Source: an uncultured Oscillospiraceae bacterium (GTDB taxonomy: Bacteria > Bacillota > Clostridia > Oscillospirales > Oscillospiraceae). Taken from it: a DNA stretch of 64,000 bases. The DNA is taken from NCBI GenBank assembly GCA_900754965.1, contig CAAEEO010000004.1, positions 9,912-73,911 of the forward strand, in the 5' to 3' direction. The translations under genes and the position numbers were made by a program. The notes beneath the pieces are model-generated. The model did not search any database. It saw nothing but the letters and a program-made list of their open reading frames with translations, and was not told where the DNA came from. How positions within the stretch are numbered: the first letter of the stretch is position 1; each line of letters begins with the position of its first letter. Below are positions 17,401-24,353 of the stretch, piece after piece.

Positions 17401-19582
17401 CCTCGATCTTGGACAGCCGGTAGGTGACGCCGCCCAGGGGTGTCCCATCCGCACTCTCTTTGTATAGATGCAGAGAGGGCAGCTTGGAATTGGTGAACAC
17501 AAATTGGGCCTGGTCACCGCCGTCCAGGTGGATGATCCGCTGGGCATCGTCTACCACATAGCCGGGGCACTCCAGTTCCGTTACTACATAAGTGCCCACG
17601 GGGAGCTTGGAGAGGTCGATGGTCCCGTCCTCGGAAGTGGTGTACTCCTCCGGCCCGAAGCTGCCATCCACTGCCTCAAAACGGAATCGGGCGTTGGCGA
17701 TAGGCTGGGAGAGGTCGGAACTGTCTACCTTGATAAGATGGATGCCGGGCAGGCGGTCATTGAAGAACACCAGGTCTTTGATGCCATCTCCGGCCTCCAA
17801 CTCCACCTCCTGGGGAGTGGTATCCAGCACATGGCTGTCTCCGCCCGTATTCCGTTCCTCCACCCGGTAGGTGCCGGGCTGACAGTTGGTGAGGAGGATC
17901 TGGCCAAACTCGTCCGTCTGAAAGATGCCCAGGCTTTCGGCGTCCCGGAAAATCTCGAAGGAGACATTGGGCATGAGCTCCATGCTGCCTCGCTCATATT
18001 TGGTAATCCGCAGGCCGGGCAATTCTTGGTTGATAATTGTGACGGTGGATTCCTCCCCGGTCACGACCGCCACGGTCTGTACCGTGTCCGTGTCCGCGAT
18101 CCAACCCTCAATGCCAGCCAGTTCCCGGACCTCCCAGCCGCCGGGGGCCAACTCATCGAAGACGATTACGCCATTATTGGTCTGGCCTGTCCGGGTCTCG
18201 CCAGTCTCGATGTGCTTAATCTGGATGGTGACGCCGGAGAGAGCGTCACCGGTGTCACTCCGCTTCTCCACCCGCAGGGAACCATAGGGGGCATTCCAGA
18301 ACGTCAGAGTGGCGGTCTTGTCATACTCCACATCCGCGTGCTGGGTGCGCTCCTCCGGGAGCAAGTGATACCGGGGCGGAATCTCCTCGGTTACGGTATA
18401 GTGGCCCTCAAGGGTCAGGGGGATTACCACGGTTCCGTCCGGGCCGGTGGAGAAGGAGCCTACCTTGCGTCCCTCCGGGTCATAGATGGAGAATACAGCC
18501 CCTTCCAAAGGGAGCTCGGTCCCTTCCTCCAGCTTTACAATCTTTAGGGCCGTCTCGTCCGGGCCGGGTTCCCCGCCGTTCGCATAACTGCTGATGGCGG
18601 CCACATCCAGCCGCACATTATTGTCCAGGTCGCAGATGTAGTTTTGCAGTTCGCCGTACTTGTCCTTCTCCTGGCACACAGCGTACATGGCAGCATACTG
18701 GGCTACCGGTGCGGAAAGGGAGAGCTGCACATTACCGGACTGTCCCTCCACACTGCTGGCGGAATAGAGCACCTTGAATGTGCCCGCGTAGCCATCCGAG
18801 GTGGGCTGGGTGGTAACGGCGGTGATCTCGTTGTTGTTGGCATCCACGATCTTTGTGCCATCCGGAACACTGCCGGGATCAGAGAACGATACGGTCACAT
18901 CATAGTCGTACACCCAGGTCTCGCTCCAGACAGTAAATACCTGTTGCAAGTATGCCTGGCCGTCGATGGTCACGGGGTAGGCCGTAGACTTGTCCGCTGT
19001 GACGGTCATCCGGGGAGAGAGCATATAGTTGTAGGTCGTACCCCGCTTATAAATGTCCTTGGCAGCGGCTAGGATGCGATTGCCAATGTCCAGTTCAGAG
19101 CCGGTCAGGCCGGGGGCTACCTTCAGATTGGCGATATTCCAGTTGGGGAGCAGGTAGCACCAAAGGGCCATTTTGGTGGCGTAATATGCCTGATATTTGT
19201 TGTCCAGGTTTAGCTCCCCCAGGCTGCGGTGAGGGTAGCCGTTGGAGATGATGCCTACCACCTTGGGGTCGCTGGCCTTTTCCTCGGCCAGGTACTTGAT
19301 GCTCTCACCAGGGCCTACACTCTGCGGGACGCCGGGGGTGGTGGGGTTGACGCAGTAGGCTGGGGACTCCTTTGTTGTTCCATCATTGGATTCGTACAAA
19401 AAGTAGGTGTATGTCTGTTTTTTGACTGCTCCATTGATAGAGAGATAGCCCAGTTCATAGTCTCCATTGTAGATGTTGACCTCGCCCAGGGCTTCTTCCA
19501 CACTGTCTGCGGCAAAGACCGATGTAGGCAGGATGCCAAGCAGCAGGATACAGGCCAAAAACAGGGATAATAGTTTTTTCAT
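14405..19582 (-). CDS. Giant surface adhesin (1725 aa): signal peptide, thioester-like N-terminal domain, about 13 Cna-B/SpaA-type repeats, C-terminal LPRTGY
   Basis: Signal peptide MKKLLSLFLACILLLGILPTSVFA. YCVNP near the N-terminus. Repeated motif of the type G.xF.I....G..V....T...G.....L..G.Y.V.E...P.GY. Ends in IPTLPRTGY-stop. Confidence 0.9.
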   Translation of the reverse strand: MKKLLSLFLACILLLGILPTSVFAADSVEEALGEVNIYNGDYELGYLSINGAVKKQTYTYFLYESNDGTTKESPAYCVNPTTPGVPQSVGPGESIKYLAEEKASDPKVVGIISNGYPHRSLGELNLDNKYQAYYATKMALWCYLLPNWNIANLKVAPGLTGSELDIGNRILAAAKDIYKRGTTYNYMLSPRMTVTADKSTAYPVTIDGQAYLQQVFTVWSETWVYDYDVTVSFSDPGSVPDGTKIVDANNNEITAVTTQPTSDGYAGTFKVLYSASSVEGQSGNVQLSLSAPVAQYAAMYAVCQEKDKYGELQNYICDLDNNVRLDVAAISSYANGGEPGPDETALKIVKLEEGTELPLEGAVFSIYDPEGRKVGSFSTGPDGTVVIPLTLEGHYTVTEEIPPRYHLLPEERTQHADVEYDKTATLTFWNAPYGSLRVEKRSDTGDALSGVTIQIKHIETGETRTGQTNNGVIVFDELAPGGWEVRELAGIEGWIADTDTVQTVAVVTGEESTVTIINQELPGLRITKYERGSMELMPNVSFEIFRDAESLGIFQTDEFGQILLTNCQPGTYRVEERNTGGDSHVLDTTPQEVELEAGDGIKDLVFFNDRLPGIHLIKVDSSDLSQPIANARFRFEAVDGSFGPEEYTTSEDGTIDLSKLPVGTYVVTELECPGYVVDDAQRIIHLDGGDQAQFVFTNSKLPSLHLYKESADGTPLGGVTYRLSKIEDGSRYLDRITSSTGEITWEGLEPGVYSLQEVTTVSDHILDPTEYHVQLFPGKDATICLQNDKRPNLTIWKHDADTGAPVPGTVFLVKGADGHSVAEVTTGPDGSATVSNLMPEVYEVIEKSVPSPYLPDADPQLVTLYPNRDRDVYFENHKRPTVTIQKESSVTHDPIQYAEFHITWSSNKTETGEQRDLGTFQTDEAGQIILEGIEDGWLTIKETKPAPGYQFPDDPVTEVYVKGGENKTVTIPNTPLSALVVYKQDSVTGAGISGCRFQLKYLGGEVSGSGGTVIGTYTTSANGSFTVTGLKKGYYICEEMESDSGHVIDAAPQSFYISGEDQDIVTLYFSNAPKGAILVKKVSSADNSPLSNVEFLVTKSDGSVVGDANGKFVTDSTGTFLVEGVEPGTTLVIKETRAKPGYLLDDTPQTVQVKEGQTVTVEFRNQPLGNLIIHKLSSKDKTPLEGVQFKITYADGSYLPDEGGKLSSNGLYWTNAEGQIVLSGITGTVVVTEVESIPGYTIDPNTQSQTVVVNPDDTQELWFYNSPVGGVEFTKVNEADKTETISGVTFEIRRVSDDALVDTVTTGKDGKVFLPLEADNYYAVETDCPDTFKLDPTPIYFTVKDGEITRKTVTNKAFSGILLHKIDADTRKGIYGVTFLLYDSNMNPVDQFTTDQNGYAYIDTLELSGKVYLRELENEGYIVDEQLKTVYIKPGETTEITWENRAITGQIQIVKKSADYNPTNGLPAGTLLEGAVFEIYDKAGNLVDTIRSDSRGLAVSKPLPLSRYTIREVKAPANYGVNETELTAYLEHEGQIVKFEVTNKSLTTGVSITKTGPKEIMAGQPVRYTFSGIANNSNIRLDNFYWRDTLPAEVRLDTVVTGTYNFPGTYKITYRVNGGEYRTLADNLSTSKNYTLAASATALGLASNERVTEVMFVFGQAPAGFAQVEKPYLHCTAVANLASTSFVNVADVGGVYNGQWVQAISRWVTTVYGKPVIPTLPRTGY
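15115..18550 (-). repeat. Tandem array of about 13 divergent Cna-B/SpaA-like domains (protein-level repeats)
   Basis: Recurrent units of about 90 aa, e.g. GAVFSIYDPEGRKVG, GVTYRLSKIEDGS, GVTFEIRRVSDDA, GAVFEIYDKAGNLV, each followed by ..G.Y.V.E...P.GY. The boundaries are approximate. Confidence 0.6.
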
Positions 19583-19675
19583 AGCGCCTCCTTTAATAAT
19601 GGGCGGAAAGAGGTGTTGAACAATACGTTGCTCACCACCTCTTTCTGAACATGATTTAGTTGAGATTCAGAAGAA

Positions 19676-19730
19676 GCAAAGAGAAAAGCGCAGTGCGTTT
19701 CCTTGTGTTGAGAGAAAACGCACTGCGCTT
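19676..19730 (-). terminator. Stem-loop/terminator between the sortase and adhesin genes
   Basis: AAGCGCAGTGCGTTT / AAACGCACTGCGCTT 15-bp arms (19686-19730), followed on the minus strand by TTCTCTTTGC. Confidence 0.5.
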
Positions 19731-20463
19731 AAAGTTCTACGGCCCGGACGCACCAGCGGTATTCCTGCTGATCACGGACACAGGTAAATAGGGTAATACG
19801 GTTGTCGGTGGTAGAGGCTGTGTCGCTGGTGTCTGTCTCCAGTACCTTTTCCACGCTGACTACCTGATAGGTCCGTGTGCCCAGCTTGGTGGTCCAGGTG
19901 ATCGAGTCCCCTGGCTCCAAGGTATGCAGGTCTCCAAAATCATCTCGGACCCCGCGGTTGTGACCCGCAATACAGCAGTTGCCGTCCCAGACACTAGTGC
20001 CAGGGAAATGACCGGCCCCTTTAGCCAGAGTGTTGCTGTCTGTCCCTTCGTAGACCTTGGTAGACAGGCCGATGGCCGGGATCTTGAGTGTCCCCAGGTG
20101 TCCGCCGGAGTAGTAGAGATCGCTGGTGACGGCTGTATAGCCGACGTCCTGGCCAGAACTGCCCCCATTTCCTGTGTCGATCACAGGATAGTTGACGCTC
20201 CCGGCCTGGGACACCAGCCCGCCACCATCCAGAGCACCGGGGATGAGATTGGGCGTCAGAGGGTCGCCGCTGCCGGGGAGGTAACTGGTAGGTGTGCCAA
20301 ATCCAGGCGGGATCAGGGCGGTGTTCTTACTCCGGTCTACATTGGGATCTTCCCATTCGTAGATGGTGTCATCGCTGGTAGGTCTGCCGAATAGGTAATC
20401 GTCCGGGGCCTCCATGGTATATTCCAGGGCGCTGGCCTGTCCCACGCACAGGGTGCATAGCAT
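19729..20463 (-). CDS. Sortase-family transpeptidase
   Basis: Catalytic His in CIAGHNRG, TLxTC motif ITLFTCV, and a downstream Arg. The in-frame upstream codons encode LIQLKLRALLLAT, which would complete a signal anchor, so a non-ATG start near 20502 is possible. Confidence 0.85.
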   Translation of the reverse strand: MLCTLCVGQASALEYTMEAPDDYLFGRPTSDDTIYEWEDPNVDRSKNTALIPPGFGTPTSYLPGSGDPLTPNLIPGALDGGGLVSQAGSVNYPVIDTGNGGSSGQDVGYTAVTSDLYYSGGHLGTLKIPAIGLSTKVYEGTDSNTLAKGAGHFPGTSVWDGNCCIAGHNRGVRDDFGDLHTLEPGDSITWTTKLGTRTYQVVSVEKVLETDTSDTASTTDNRITLFTCVRDQQEYRWCVRAVEL

Positions 20464-20498
20464 TGTGGCCAGCAGAAGTGCTCTCAGCTTCAGTTGAA

Positions 20499-21407
20499 TC
20501 AGCTCCTTCCTTTATACCGCTTGAACAGGAAAACCCCACCTGCAGTCAACAAGAGAATCGCGCCGCCAATCAGGAGGGGCTGTTTGATGTCGATATCTGC
20601 CATGGCCCCGTTTGAGTTTTCGCTGGAAGGGGTATCTGTGGGGGCCGGGTCAGTCTGCTCCGCGGGGATCTCCATGCTGCCAAAAATGGCGGTATAGGTC
20701 AACACAGAGCAGTTGGTTTTGGAAACTTGGCCGGTATAGTCTGCCGTAACAGTGTAGCCAGTAGCATAGGTGCTGCTGGTAGTGCCGGTATATTTGGCAG
20801 TGGCGGTATAACGGGTGACGGCCCCATCCGCCCCAGCTTCACTGGTCTCGGCCCACTGGACGTCTGCCAGAGTCAGGCTTTTCCCATTATCCTCAATGCT
20901 CTTTGGAATCAAAGATACATCCGCTTCCGAGAGATTGGGATAGATGCGGGTGGCGGAGAGATCCTTTGTCCGGGTAGCATAACCGTCTGCCGCTACCTTG
21001 ACAGTGGTATGATCCAGTGTCAGAGTGCCGGTATAACCGTCCTCTGTGGTTACCTCCATCTGCGGTTCCAGACTCTGGAGGATCTTCTCCATATTGTTGG
21101 TCTCGCTGGCCAGAGTTTTGGTCTGGGTGATGGTCTGGATGTCCACCCCAACCTCGTCCTTCCGCGTCATATCCAGCAGATAATAGAGGCGGCCATCCCG
21201 CTCAAAATCCTCGGTGGGAATCTGGGATGGGTCATCTGCCAGGGACAGCTGGTACACTTTCTTGATCCTGGGGCTGTCTCCCTCCATATACTCCTCCACC
21301 GATGTGGGGTAGTAACTGGCACTCTGCTCCGGTTCAACGGCCAGAGCAGAGACAGATGCCGCCAGGAGCAGGGTCAGGGCGCACATCGTGGTCAAAATGC
21401 GTTTCAT
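20499..21407 (-). CDS. Secreted/membrane-anchored surface protein of unknown function
   Basis: Signal peptide MKRILTTMCALTLLLAASVSALA. C-terminal hydrophobic helix plus basic tail LLIGGAILLLTAGGVFLFKRYKGRS, with no LPXTG before it. Confidence 0.6.
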   Translation of the reverse strand: MKRILTTMCALTLLLAASVSALAVEPEQSASYYPTSVEEYMEGDSPRIKKVYQLSLADDPSQIPTEDFERDGRLYYLLDMTRKDEVGVDIQTITQTKTLASETNNMEKILQSLEPQMEVTTEDGYTGTLTLDHTTVKVAADGYATRTKDLSATRIYPNLSEADVSLIPKSIEDNGKSLTLADVQWAETSEAGADGAVTRYTATAKYTGTTSSTYATGYTVTADYTGQVSKTNCSVLTYTAIFGSMEIPAEQTDPAPTDTPSSENSNGAMADIDIKQPLLIGGAILLLTAGGVFLFKRYKGRS

Positions 21408-21481
21408 ACTGGATTCCTCCTACAACAATTTTTCTTTTGATTTGCCGGAAATCATATTGTTATTTCTTCTTTTGGAAATTG

Positions 21482-22414
21482 TCACCCCCTTTCCCGGAGC
21501 ACATTTCGTTGCAGCAGATACTCATTCCAATCCTTTCCCTGTGGAGGAAGTTGTTGAGACACCTCATAGTCCTCTGCGGAGAACATTTCTCGGAGCTTTT
21601 GGGTTGCCTGCCGACCATGTTCATCGTTATCCAGGCACAGAATAATCCTGCGTATGTGTGGGTTGTCTCGCAGATAGGTCCGCAGTCCTCCTTCGTACAG
21701 CCCACACAGTGCCACCGCGTTGGATGTTACTTTCCGGTGCAGGGTGCAGAAGCTCATCAGGTCGATTGGGGCCTCAAAGACAAGAACTGCATCATGCTTC
21801 TTGCTGCAGTGAAGTCGAAATGCGATATCCTTATTGCTGCCTGGGACATCCCCCTTGAAGCTGCTGCTGTTCCAATCATAGGTTCCTCGTTGATTGGCAA
21901 ATACCGGCGCTCCTGATTGGTCCCGGCCAACAAAGACACAGTTGTGATGTTGGGCGTCCTCGTACAGCAATCCAGCCTCCACAAAGCCCCGGATCACTTG
22001 GGGTGCGATCCCACGCTTGCGGAGATAGGCAAACACCCTGCGGTGATCCACGTTGGCAGGGGGGAGGGTAAAGGGGACCTTTTCCTCCTTTTCCTTGGTC
22101 TGCCGCGGAGTGCTCACCGGGGGAGGGGCACGGGCGCGGCCATGCCAGGTCAGCAGGTACTCCACGGCCTCCGGGAAACTTTTGTTATAGAACCGCTGGA
22201 GGAATGTGATGGCATCTCCGCCGATGCCCTCTGAGTAGCGGAACCAGGTACGTCTGTCCTTGATCCGGATGCTATCCATCTCCTGCGTGGTGTAGTACCT
22301 GCCGATCCGCTTCACCTGGTAGCCCAGGGAGATCAACAGATCCGGAAGGTCCGTGTCTCGGACAGTGGCCATTTCAGCCTCTGTAAAGCGCGTCCTTTCT
22401 GCTGTTTGCATCAT
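21482..22414 (-). CDS. DUF3991/Toprim domain protein (primase-like conjugation protein)
   Basis: N-terminal LPDLLISLGYQVKRIGRYYTT...GGDAITFLQ. Toprim acidic motifs VFEAPIDL and CLDNDEHG. The start ATGATG at 22414 is preceded by GAGAAGGTG. Confidence 0.8.
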   Translation of the reverse strand: MMQTAERTRFTEAEMATVRDTDLPDLLISLGYQVKRIGRYYTTQEMDSIRIKDRRTWFRYSEGIGGDAITFLQRFYNKSFPEAVEYLLTWHGRARAPPPVSTPRQTKEKEEKVPFTLPPANVDHRRVFAYLRKRGIAPQVIRGFVEAGLLYEDAQHHNCVFVGRDQSGAPVFANQRGTYDWNSSSFKGDVPGSNKDIAFRLHCSKKHDAVLVFEAPIDLMSFCTLHRKVTSNAVALCGLYEGGLRTYLRDNPHIRRIILCLDNDEHGRQATQKLREMFSAEDYEVSQQLPPQGKDWNEYLLQRNVLRERG

Positions 22415-22426
22415 GTCACCTTCTCG

Positions 22427-22482
22427 AAAAAACAAAAAAGGGGCCGGAGGACACATCCGCTTGAGATGTGTTCTCCGGCCCC
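22427..22482 (-). terminator. Strong rho-independent terminator between the RHH gene and the Toprim gene
   Basis: 18-bp stem GGGGCCGGAGAACACATC / GATGTGTCCTCCGGCCCC (22440-22482, one G-U pair), followed on the minus strand by TTTTTTGTTTTTT. Confidence 0.75.
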
Positions 22483-22500
22483 TTACTTTGACTCCTTGTG

Positions 22501-22947
22501 TTATTGTTCGATGTCCGCTGTGTCTCTCTCCGCCTCCGCACTGGCCTCGCTGGCGTCTGGGGTGGTACCGGCGGCTCCACTGTCCTCCGGGGCTTCCTCG
22601 GTGCTCTCAGGGGCCACCTGTGGGGCCAGGCTGGCTTCAGCTTCCGCCAGCGCCTGCTCGATCAGGCCCAGGACGAAGTCCCGCTGGGTGAGCTTTACGC
22701 CGGTCCGAGCCGTTTCTCTGGCCAGGTGGGTCTTGATGCGCTGGAAGAGTTCCTCGGGAATCTGGAATGCCATCGTTCTGCTGCCTGTCATGTTGATTCC
22801 TCCATTCTCATCTTTCATCTTGTAGTATTCAGTGAGCAGTGCTGCGATGTACTGGCTGGTGGTCATCTCCAGGCGGTCTTTTTCTTCTATTACCCGGTTG
22901 TGCAGGGCGATGTCGATTTGAGCGCATAGGTTTTTCTTGTCTGCCAT
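22501..22947 (-). CDS. Putative double ribbon-helix-helix (CopG/Arc-like) regulator with an acidic low-complexity tail
   Basis: Two RHH-like segments (NLCAQIDIALHNRVIEEKDRLEMTTSQYIAALL and MAFQIPEELFQRIKTHLARETARTGVKLTQRDFVLGLI). Tail is rich in E/D/S/A/T. Start is MADKKN at 22947. Confidence 0.5.
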   Translation of the reverse strand: MADKKNLCAQIDIALHNRVIEEKDRLEMTTSQYIAALLTEYYKMKDENGGINMTGSRTMAFQIPEELFQRIKTHLARETARTGVKLTQRDFVLGLIEQALAEAEASLAPQVAPESTEEAPEDSGAAGTTPDASEASAEAERDTADIEQ

Positions 22948-23010
22948 GGTCTGCTCTCCTTTCCTCGTTTTGCAACGCAAGTATATCCAAAACTATGGCA
23001 GAAAGCTATT

Positions 23011-23034
23011 ACCAAGACCACCAAGGAACCAAGG
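23011..23034. repeat. Three direct ACCAAG(G) repeats upstream of the RHH gene
   Basis: ACCAAG at 23011, 23020 and 23028 (spacing 9 and 8 bp), 60-90 bp upstream of the RHH start. Possible operator or recombinase arm site. Confidence 0.3.
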
Positions 23035-23079
23035 ACAAAGCAAGCAATACCACCAACTGAAACAGCTATGTAATAAAAA

Positions 23080-23132
23080 GAGAGAAGCCCCCGTTGGCAG
23101 TTCGATTTGAACTACCAGCGGGGGCTTCTCTC
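23080..23132. terminator. Long near-perfect hairpin (about 24 bp stem), possible bidirectional terminator at the element/chromosome junction
   Basis: GAGAGAAGCCCCCG (23080-23093) pairs with CGGGGGCTTCTCTC (23119-23132). The inner part also pairs (GGCAGTTC/GAACTACC). A-run before it, T-rich after it. Confidence 0.5.
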
Positions 23133-23235
23133 GCTGTTTTCTGTTTGCTCAGAGGTTCGAATCACACCACATCACGAAAATGGCCTTTTGCATCTCCATC
23201 TCGGCTGGTGCTCAATTTTTCTCTCTGAAACGGCT

Positions 23236-23261
23236 GAAACCCTTGCCGCAGCAAGGGTTTC
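23236..23261 (-). terminator. Hairpin downstream of tRNA-Pro
   Basis: GAAACCCTTGC-cgca-GCAAGGGTTTC perfect 11-bp stem, about 30 nt past the tRNA 3' end. No clean U-tract. Confidence 0.4.
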
Positions 23262-23291
23262 AGGGGTTGCATCTTTTTCAGCAACCTTAGT

Positions 23292-23367
23292 TGGTCGGAG
23301 TAGGCAGATTCGAACTGCCGGCCTCTTGGACCCGAACCAAGCGCGCTACCAACTGCGCTATACCCCG
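23292..23367 (-). tRNA. tRNA-Pro (anticodon CGG), CCA encoded
   Basis: Cloverleaf folded by hand: acceptor CGGGGTA/TACTCCG, D arm GCGC-AGTTGGTA-GCGC, anticodon arm CTTGG-TTCGGGT-CCAAG, T arm GGCAG-TTCGAAT-CTGCC, then ACCA. 76 nt. Confidence 0.95.
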
Positions 23368-23379
23368 ATAAGCTTATTT

Positions 23380-23408
23380 ATTATAAGCATTTCCTTTCAG
23401 TTTGTCAA
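23380..23408 (-). promoter_or_regulatory. Consensus sigma-70-type promoter for tRNA-Pro
   Basis: Minus strand TTGACA, 17 nt, TATAAT, ending about 12 nt before the tRNA 5' end. Confidence 0.7.
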
Positions 23409-23480
23409 GACCTGATTTCCCTGGATTCGAAAAAGGGTCTATGCCCGTCCAAAGGTACATATACTCTTTCCGGGAGGCGA

Positions 23481-24353
23481 ATGCCTGTGAAAGAAATGCG
23501 ACTTTATATTGCGGCGGGGATATTCGTGTGTATGACTGTGATAAAACTATTGCTGCCGGAGGTGACGGCAACGGCACGGGAGAAAGTGGTGGCAGTGATC
23601 AATACAGATATGGACTATCAGGCGGTACTGACACAGATGGGCAGTGTGCTCACCCGGGAACCGGTGCAGCAGGTGATCGCGGCGCTCCGAGGCGAAGAGC
23701 CGGTGCCAGTGTTCCGGGAAACGGAGACCGTGGCGCAGATGCTGGCGGAAACGGTGTCCATTTTGCCGGAGAATTGGGTCAGTTCCCAGGGCGCGCCGGC
23801 GGTTCCGACCTCCACGCCGCTGCCCGATCCCACGCCAACACCGGAGCCTGCCCCGGACCCCGTTCCGGAGCGGGTGCGTCAGGCAGTCAGTGCCTTTTTG
23901 GAGACCCAGGCGCCTTATGCCGCGTACGATTTGCCGGAAACTGTCAGCTATGACTATTTGGAGATCCCGTTTGACTATACCTCGCCGGTGTCTGGGATGA
24001 CCTCTTCCGGGTTTGGTTACCGTCTGCATCCGGTGGAAGATGTTGTGAAGTTTCACTATGGTACGGATTATGCGGTCAATACAGGAACGGATATTTCTGT
24101 TTTTGCCGACGGCACCGTGACAGAGGTGAACTGGGATGATGGCTATGGAAACTATATCCGGGTCAGCCATGCCGATGGATGGTCCACCTTGTACGCGCAC
24201 TGTTCTGAGACCTTTGTGCAGCCGGGGCAGCAGGTGACGAAAGGGGAGCGAATCGCACTGGCAGGGGCCACAGGTGAAGTGACTGGTCCGCACCTCCATT
24301 TCGAATTACTTCACAACGGCATTTATACCAATCCGGAGTTTTTCTGCGGATGA
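23481..24353 (+). CDS. M23 family (LytM-domain) metallopeptidase, SpoIVFA-like position
   Basis: N-terminal TM helix, Pro-rich linker, LytM motifs HYGTDYA and GPHLHFEL. Confidence 0.9.
   Translation: MPVKEMRLYIAAGIFVCMTVIKLLLPEVTATAREKVVAVINTDMDYQAVLTQMGSVLTREPVQQVIAALRGEEPVPVFRETETVAQMLAETVSILPENWVSSQGAPAVPTSTPLPDPTPTPEPAPDPVPERVRQAVSAFLETQAPYAAYDLPETVSYDYLEIPFDYTSPVSGMTSSGFGYRLHPVEDVVKFHYGTDYAVNTGTDISVFADGTVTEVNWDDGYGNYIRVSHADGWSTLYAHCSETFVQPGQQVTKGERIALAGATGEVTGPHLHFELLHNGIYTNPEFFCG

Larger units (their letters stand above)
1..23291. mobile_element. Terminal part of an integrated conjugative/mobilizable element (ICE/IME); left end outside the window, right end somewhere in 22948-23291 next to tRNA-Pro
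   Basis: Relaxase, MobC, PcfB-like, SSB, ParB-like, ParM/ParR, DUF3991-Toprim, orphan MTase and a sortase-adhesin module, all on one strand. Housekeeping genes start right after the tRNA. No att repeat could be identified because the other end is not in the window. Confidence 0.7.

Noticed and set aside
15115-18550. Possible CRISPR array or DNA tandem repeat inside the adhesin gene
   Set aside because: The periodicity exists only at the protein-domain level (about 90-aa Cna-B-like units). The nucleotide sequences are diverged, and there are no short identical direct repeats with unique spacers. I saw no CRISPR array anywhere in the window.
19583-19728. Promoter for the adhesin gene in the sortase-adhesin spacer
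   Set aside because: Only poor hexamer matches were found (TTGCTT, 15 nt, TAAATC). The spacer is dominated by two hairpins. It is left unannotated rather than guessed.
23145-23180. GGTTCGAATC motif as a possible tRNA gene or fragment on the plus strand
   Set aside because: The flanking bases do not form a T-stem or an acceptor stem (CAGAG versus CACAC do not pair). At most it is a degenerate relic, which is noted under the junction finding.
23107-23415. 102-aa plus-strand ORF spanning the tRNA-Pro gene
   Set aside because: It overlaps a well-folded tRNA and its consensus promoter on the opposite strand, and it has no RBS.
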